NCBI GenBank assembly: GCA_040954595.2
Contig: CM082586.2
Coordinates: 5,504,509-5,568,508 of the forward strand
Source: Balanoglossus misakiensis
Lineage: Eukaryota; Animalia; Hemichordata
Direction of reading: 5' to 3'
DNA length: 64,000 nt
In this document: positions 59,059-64,000 of the stretch, one piece after another
How the letters are laid out: each line of letters opens with the position of its first letter
Numbering within the stretch: the first letter of the stretch is position 1
Translations under genes and position numbers: made by a program
The notes under the pieces: model-generated
What the model was told of the DNA's origin: nothing
Databases searched by the model: none
The model's input: the letters and a program-made list of their open reading frames with translations, nothing else

Positions 59059-62000
59059 ATGGAGTGGAGTAACGCATCGCTGGCTCATTCTTGGGGTGCA
59101 GATAGAGATGTGGGAAAGACAGAAGATAAAGAAAACAGATACAAGAGTTTATTACGAAATGTTATGAGCAATTCGTCAGTCCACGGTCTGCCAAATATCC
59201 ATCGAGCTAAAAGTGTACCAAAGCGAATGTTTTGGACAGTATCCTTTCTCGCTGCTGTGGGCGTGTTTCTTGGACTCAGTTCAGATTTGGTTATGAAGTA
59301 TTACGACTTCGACGTCAATATAGGCGTGGAAATTATCTCTGAGCGGGAGCTGCAGTTCCCTGCTGTGACTATATGCAATATAAATCCCCTGCGAAAGTCA
59401 TTCCTGAGCGAAAGACAATCATTACAGCTACAGTCTATGTTACGGAGACCGGAGAAACCGAAAAACGACCAAGAAATGATGAATGTTAGCAACTCGAGTG
59501 AACAGGTAAAAATAATCAATCAACAAAACCGGAATTGTTTTGTAATGTTAAGATATGCAGCAATATCGTGTAATAAACTCGGTCATTTGTGTTCTGGTAA
59601 AAATATATGAATTGTGAATTATTTAAAACCAAAGTGCAGATCGATGTTTGCAGGTTACTTTCGAGATCTTATTATGACAAAGAAATTCTAATCTTGTTTA
59701 TTGCATTGTTGTACTGTAATCTAAATGACGTTTTCCTCTAACTCATGACGTTAGCAAACTGTGCAAGGTGCGTCATTGGCATTTAGTCATCATGCAAAAT
59801 TGTTACAGTTTTAGTTTATGTTATGACGTCATTTGTTTACCTGCAACACTGTGTATTGACGTGTTAAAATATTGCAAGTCACAGGTCAGATTGTAAACTT
59901 ACTGGTTTCGGCGGTTCGATGGTAGATGAATGTGAGGTCTTCTGTTAATTTGCATAATTGCTTTAGCATTGAACATATGTTCATCTTACGATCATAGTCT
60001 TTATACATCCCATATTTTTTGAAGATTAATAACGTCATATATTTAGAAATCGTTCCTTGTTTCATTCACTTCTTCCTATGTCTGTTTGGTATCATGTTTG
60101 TCAATTGTATATTACACCTGTGAGTCACTCCAACTTTAGGATAATGCTACAACTGTTTTATATTGATGTAAGTAGCGCCAGAATGAGGAGACAGTTAGTG
60201 AGTACAACTACTGGGACACCTTCAGGGAGGAAGCCTATACATCGCCACATCAGTCGTGGATAATCAGTCAACTCGTTCAAGAATTCCAAGCTGATATGAC
60301 GCCTGAACAAAGGAAAGCAATTGGTCACCAATTACAAGATTTACTCTTCAGCTGTCGATGGAACGACGTAGAATGTGCACCTGAGTAAGAAGTCATTGCT
60401 TTGACCATTTCACCCCCACTTCCCTCTATAGAGGTTTAACTTTACCACAGAAAACAATGGATTTGGACCAAACCATGGTGGTGAAAGGGTTGAAGTACGA
60501 TTCAAAGTGCCTTTTTACCCATCTCATGTTTTGAATGCGTAAAAGGGTCGGCGAATAAGGAAATTTCCCATGAGGTATGCACTTTGTATGTTAAGCTTTG
60601 CAAGACGTGGGTTATATGCCTAAATGATAGGCGTTAACGTTATATTTTTGTTTGCAGTAATTTCACAAGCTTTCTTAATCCGACATATGGCAACTGTTAT
60701 ACTTTCACCGGTGCAAACGGTACTTCAACTAAAACAACGTTTCCTGGATCTGTTTATGGTAAGTCAGTGTACCATAACTTTTTATTGCTTATACAAGACA
60801 GATTAGGAAAATATGAAGGTCTTTCCCTTGCTGGCTTTGATCGGACTTGCTTTTTGTACACTCATGGAAAGTTGAGATCTAGCTAATCACTGCCCGGCCA
60901 AAAAACCGCCATTCGAAGACTTAGACATATATTTAAACCACATATGGGCATGTGTTAATCATTGATAATTGTATACCCTTTATAGGGCTGTCTTTGGGGT
61001 TGTTTGTGGAACAATCGGAATACTTGGACAACTTCACTGACTCCGCTGGAGTTAGAGTGACCATCCATCCACGAGACGAATTCAATTTCCCGGAAGACTC
61101 GGGCTTTGATATCGAACCAGGAAAAATGACGTCTGTCAGCATAATGATGGTACTAGTTTAGCCAATATAGACAAATATGTGACCACTATCACAAGTTTGA
61201 TTTCCATGACAAATAAAACTTTATCATGAAAACTAGTAATATATGTCTAAACGCATATACTTTTGATACATTTGTGACAGATGTGATATACATCTAATAC
61301 TTTCCGTCTATTACAGGAAAAACATACTCGACTACCTGGCGTGTACAGTAGGTGCGTCTTTTACGATGATCCCAATCATACATCTGCATTTGGAGCATTA
61401 TACTCAATAGATGTAAGAAACATTTTTGTCAATAAACCTCAAAGGGTGGGTGTAGTCCCGTTTGCGGCCGCGGGCCGAATGGTTGTCCTGGGACACATTT
61501 GCTACAATGTCAAAATTAGGCGCAAAGTGTAACTGCTACATACAATGTAGTGTACCATGATCACAGCCGACAATTCGGTTGTTACTTTGTATGACACAGA
61601 CAGTACTGTAACAAATCATGGCAAACAATGTGTCGTTACTTTTTATCACGCTTCCAATTTACTTTCATATAAATGTATTGGTTGACGGGGTCTCCCTGAC
61701 CAATGGGAACAATCCGTTTATAACATTAAATTGCGCATGTGCAGTTCAGACGACCCTCTCCCTTTAAAGCCGCTTCTATAATGCTATATCGCAATACGTG
61801 CCATTGTCTGTTGTACAACATATACTTATAGCCACTTCAATACCGTCTGTTTTTCTATTCATAGTATCGGCCTCAATTTCCTGTTAATAACTTAAAGAAA
61901 AATAGACTATTGAATTTAATTTAATTTACTCCGAATCAAAATGTTGAAGTTCAATAATTTTGTAATTAATACACACAGTGATTATCATTGTAACCATTGT

Positions 62001-64000
62001 TGATAATTCTTCAATACAATACTAAGTGCTTATTATTCGCCACACAGACTTGTATGAAAAGTTGCTTGTTAGAATTCATTGCCGAGAGATGTAATTGCAC
62101 AGATGGCAGATACCCTAAACCATTCGGGTACGAAGATGTTCGCCACTGCAAGTACGAAAATGTTAGAGACCGTATGTATCTCATTATACCAGTTGTTTTT
62201 CTGCATGGCATGCAAACAATCTAATCATCATCGGGAGAATAAAGTCGCTGGTATCCCATAGTCTTGATCACGTGCTACTGTTGGTATGCCATGGTAGGTT
62301 TGCAGGTTACATGTCGTGCACAAAACGTTGCATTTCAATTCAAGTTAAATGCCACGAGTATTCAGCGTGCGCTCAGTTTTTCCAAGTGAAAAGGAAATGT
62401 TTCTGATAATTACTGATTCAATATTTACACAGGTGATTGTAGAAACGGTGCCGATAGATTGTATCACAGCAACAACGTGACATGTAACTGCCCTGTAAGA
62501 TGTTCGTAAGTATATAGAGTAATTTCTCTAACAAGTTAACAATAGAAAGATTGGATTGACCAACTATTATATGACAATCCAGTTTTGCGTTGGTCATAAT
62601 TGTTTTTTAATTGTATAGTTTACAATGTCAGACTATGTTGCATTACATACATTTTAGGTAACAGACCCAGCTTTCACAAACACATTAATCATGGTACATA
62701 CAACGTTTTAAATGCTTTTACTTTTACATTTAAAGCTATGGTATCGTTGACCATTATATCATTATTAAAAGATTACCTTTATGCTATAAATATTTGTTCA
62801 TAAGTTGATTCCGTCCATATCTGACAGACGACGGCAATATTCATGATGTCCCCTACATGTAAACATTTCCGATTATGTCACTCCATGTAAATTATGTAAT
62901 CTTGTTTTCTTATTTTCAGAACAGTAAAGTATAAGAAGGAAACTTTCTCGTCGGGTTGGCCTGCATTAAATTCGGAGGTGAGAGTCAGTAGCGTACTTTC
63001 CGCTCATTGCGTGATCTCGCGAGACTTGGTTAATTACCTAAGCAACGGGTTGCTACCTAAGACAAGCAAGTCAATCGTTGTATGGAATTAGAATAGGTGA
63101 AGAGTTTTTGTGTCGTTTAGCATGATGGGACGAGTTGTTTGTCCTGTGTCACATGAGAATGACCTGACATTGCCTAGCCACGCGAGATCACGCAGTTTCT
63201 CGTGGTGTTCGGAAAATGGTCTATTTTGATACTAATTTCCATAAGGTTGAATTGTTTCTTCGTTGTCTGGTTGTTGTCATGAACTCGGCTCCAATGATCG
63301 TTATAAATATTCTCTCTTCCTCTGCTACTTTAATTTTCTAGGCCTTTGTCCGAGAGAATGCAAAAAACAGAAATTCTAAACTAAAAAGTTTAATAGAGGA
63401 GGATGAAAGAACTGGACAAGACCTGTTTGGGTAACAATATTTATTTATACTAACATAACTCTGTATTATGACCATGTATTTCATATATTTAGACATGGCA
63501 CACGCCAAAGAAGTAAACATCATCTCCAAAGTGAAGATGAAAGTAACTGTAACGTTAATAAGGACATGTTGCTGTGTGGTACCCATATTCTTGTAATTCA
63601 GCCATTGTCTTCTCCAACAGGCGAAATGTATTAAAACTGCAAGTGTATTACAAGGATCTGAACTACCAATACATCAGTGAATCCCAAGCATACACGGTAA
63701 TTATGATCCAGTTCTATCTGAGTACCAACAGCAGTTGTATTAGTTGTTTTGGTAATGATAAATACGAAAGTAATTCCATAATTTACACCAAAAATGATCT
63801 GAGTGTTAACTTCGTTGTGGTCATCTGCGATCAATGCATTCATATAAACTGTCCACAAATCGTTTTTTCAGAGAGTAGACTTACTCAGCGACATTGGTGG
63901 GAATCTAGGACTTTGGATAGGGCTGTCTGTCCTAACCTTGTTGGAGTTTGTCGAGCTGGTTTTCGACTTGATTGCAACCCTAGGGTTCCATTTAACAAAC
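59059..64000 (+). CDS. DEG/ENaC (ASIC/degenerin-like) amiloride-sensitive sodium channel, 3' end outside the window
   Basis: Pre-TM1 HG motif SSVHGLPNI, TM1, FPAVTICNINP, GHQLQD..SCRWN, YGNCYTF, GVRVTIH..FPEDSG, Cys-rich thumb exons, LQVYYKDLNY, and TM2 LLSDIGGNLGLWIGLSVLTLLEFVE. Confidence 0.92.
62995..63226. mobile_element. Degenerate MITE-like element with an AATAGACC-type end in an ENaC intron
   Basis: Right end gcgagatcacgcag...ttcggaaaatggtctattt; inverted tgcgtgatctcgcg at about 63009; related end aaatagaccactttccgaac at about 44607. Confidence 0.45.

Overview
Intron-rich eukaryotic (metazoan, most likely invertebrate deuterostome such as a hemichordate or echinoderm; inferred, not proven) genomic window. 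Left to right: the 3' half of VPS13B (+); a complete 10-exon secreted GH9 endoglucanase (-); two tRNA-Glu(TTC) genes plus a 5' tRNA fragment; three tandem secreted proteinase K-like S8 proteases (-), the middle one apparently chimeric; a ~122-bp tandem array dense in Oct/GC-box motifs; a ~21-kb cluster (about 35.1-56.2 kb) of unusual putative innate-immune genes; LINE and MITE remnants; and most of a DEG/ENaC channel gene (+) running off the right end. The cluster is the main discovery candidate. It holds two genes fusing tandem ubiquitin-like domains to an IFI44-type P-loop GTPase, and two paralogous genes with a TIR-like N-terminal domain followed by a degenerate GTPase-like domain. One of the latter extends into a long polyQ tract and is followed by decayed exons resembling a STING cyclic-dinucleotide-binding domain. 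All exon models were assembled by eye from splice signals and frame phase. Domain assignments are by motif recognition and need HMM or structure confirmation.
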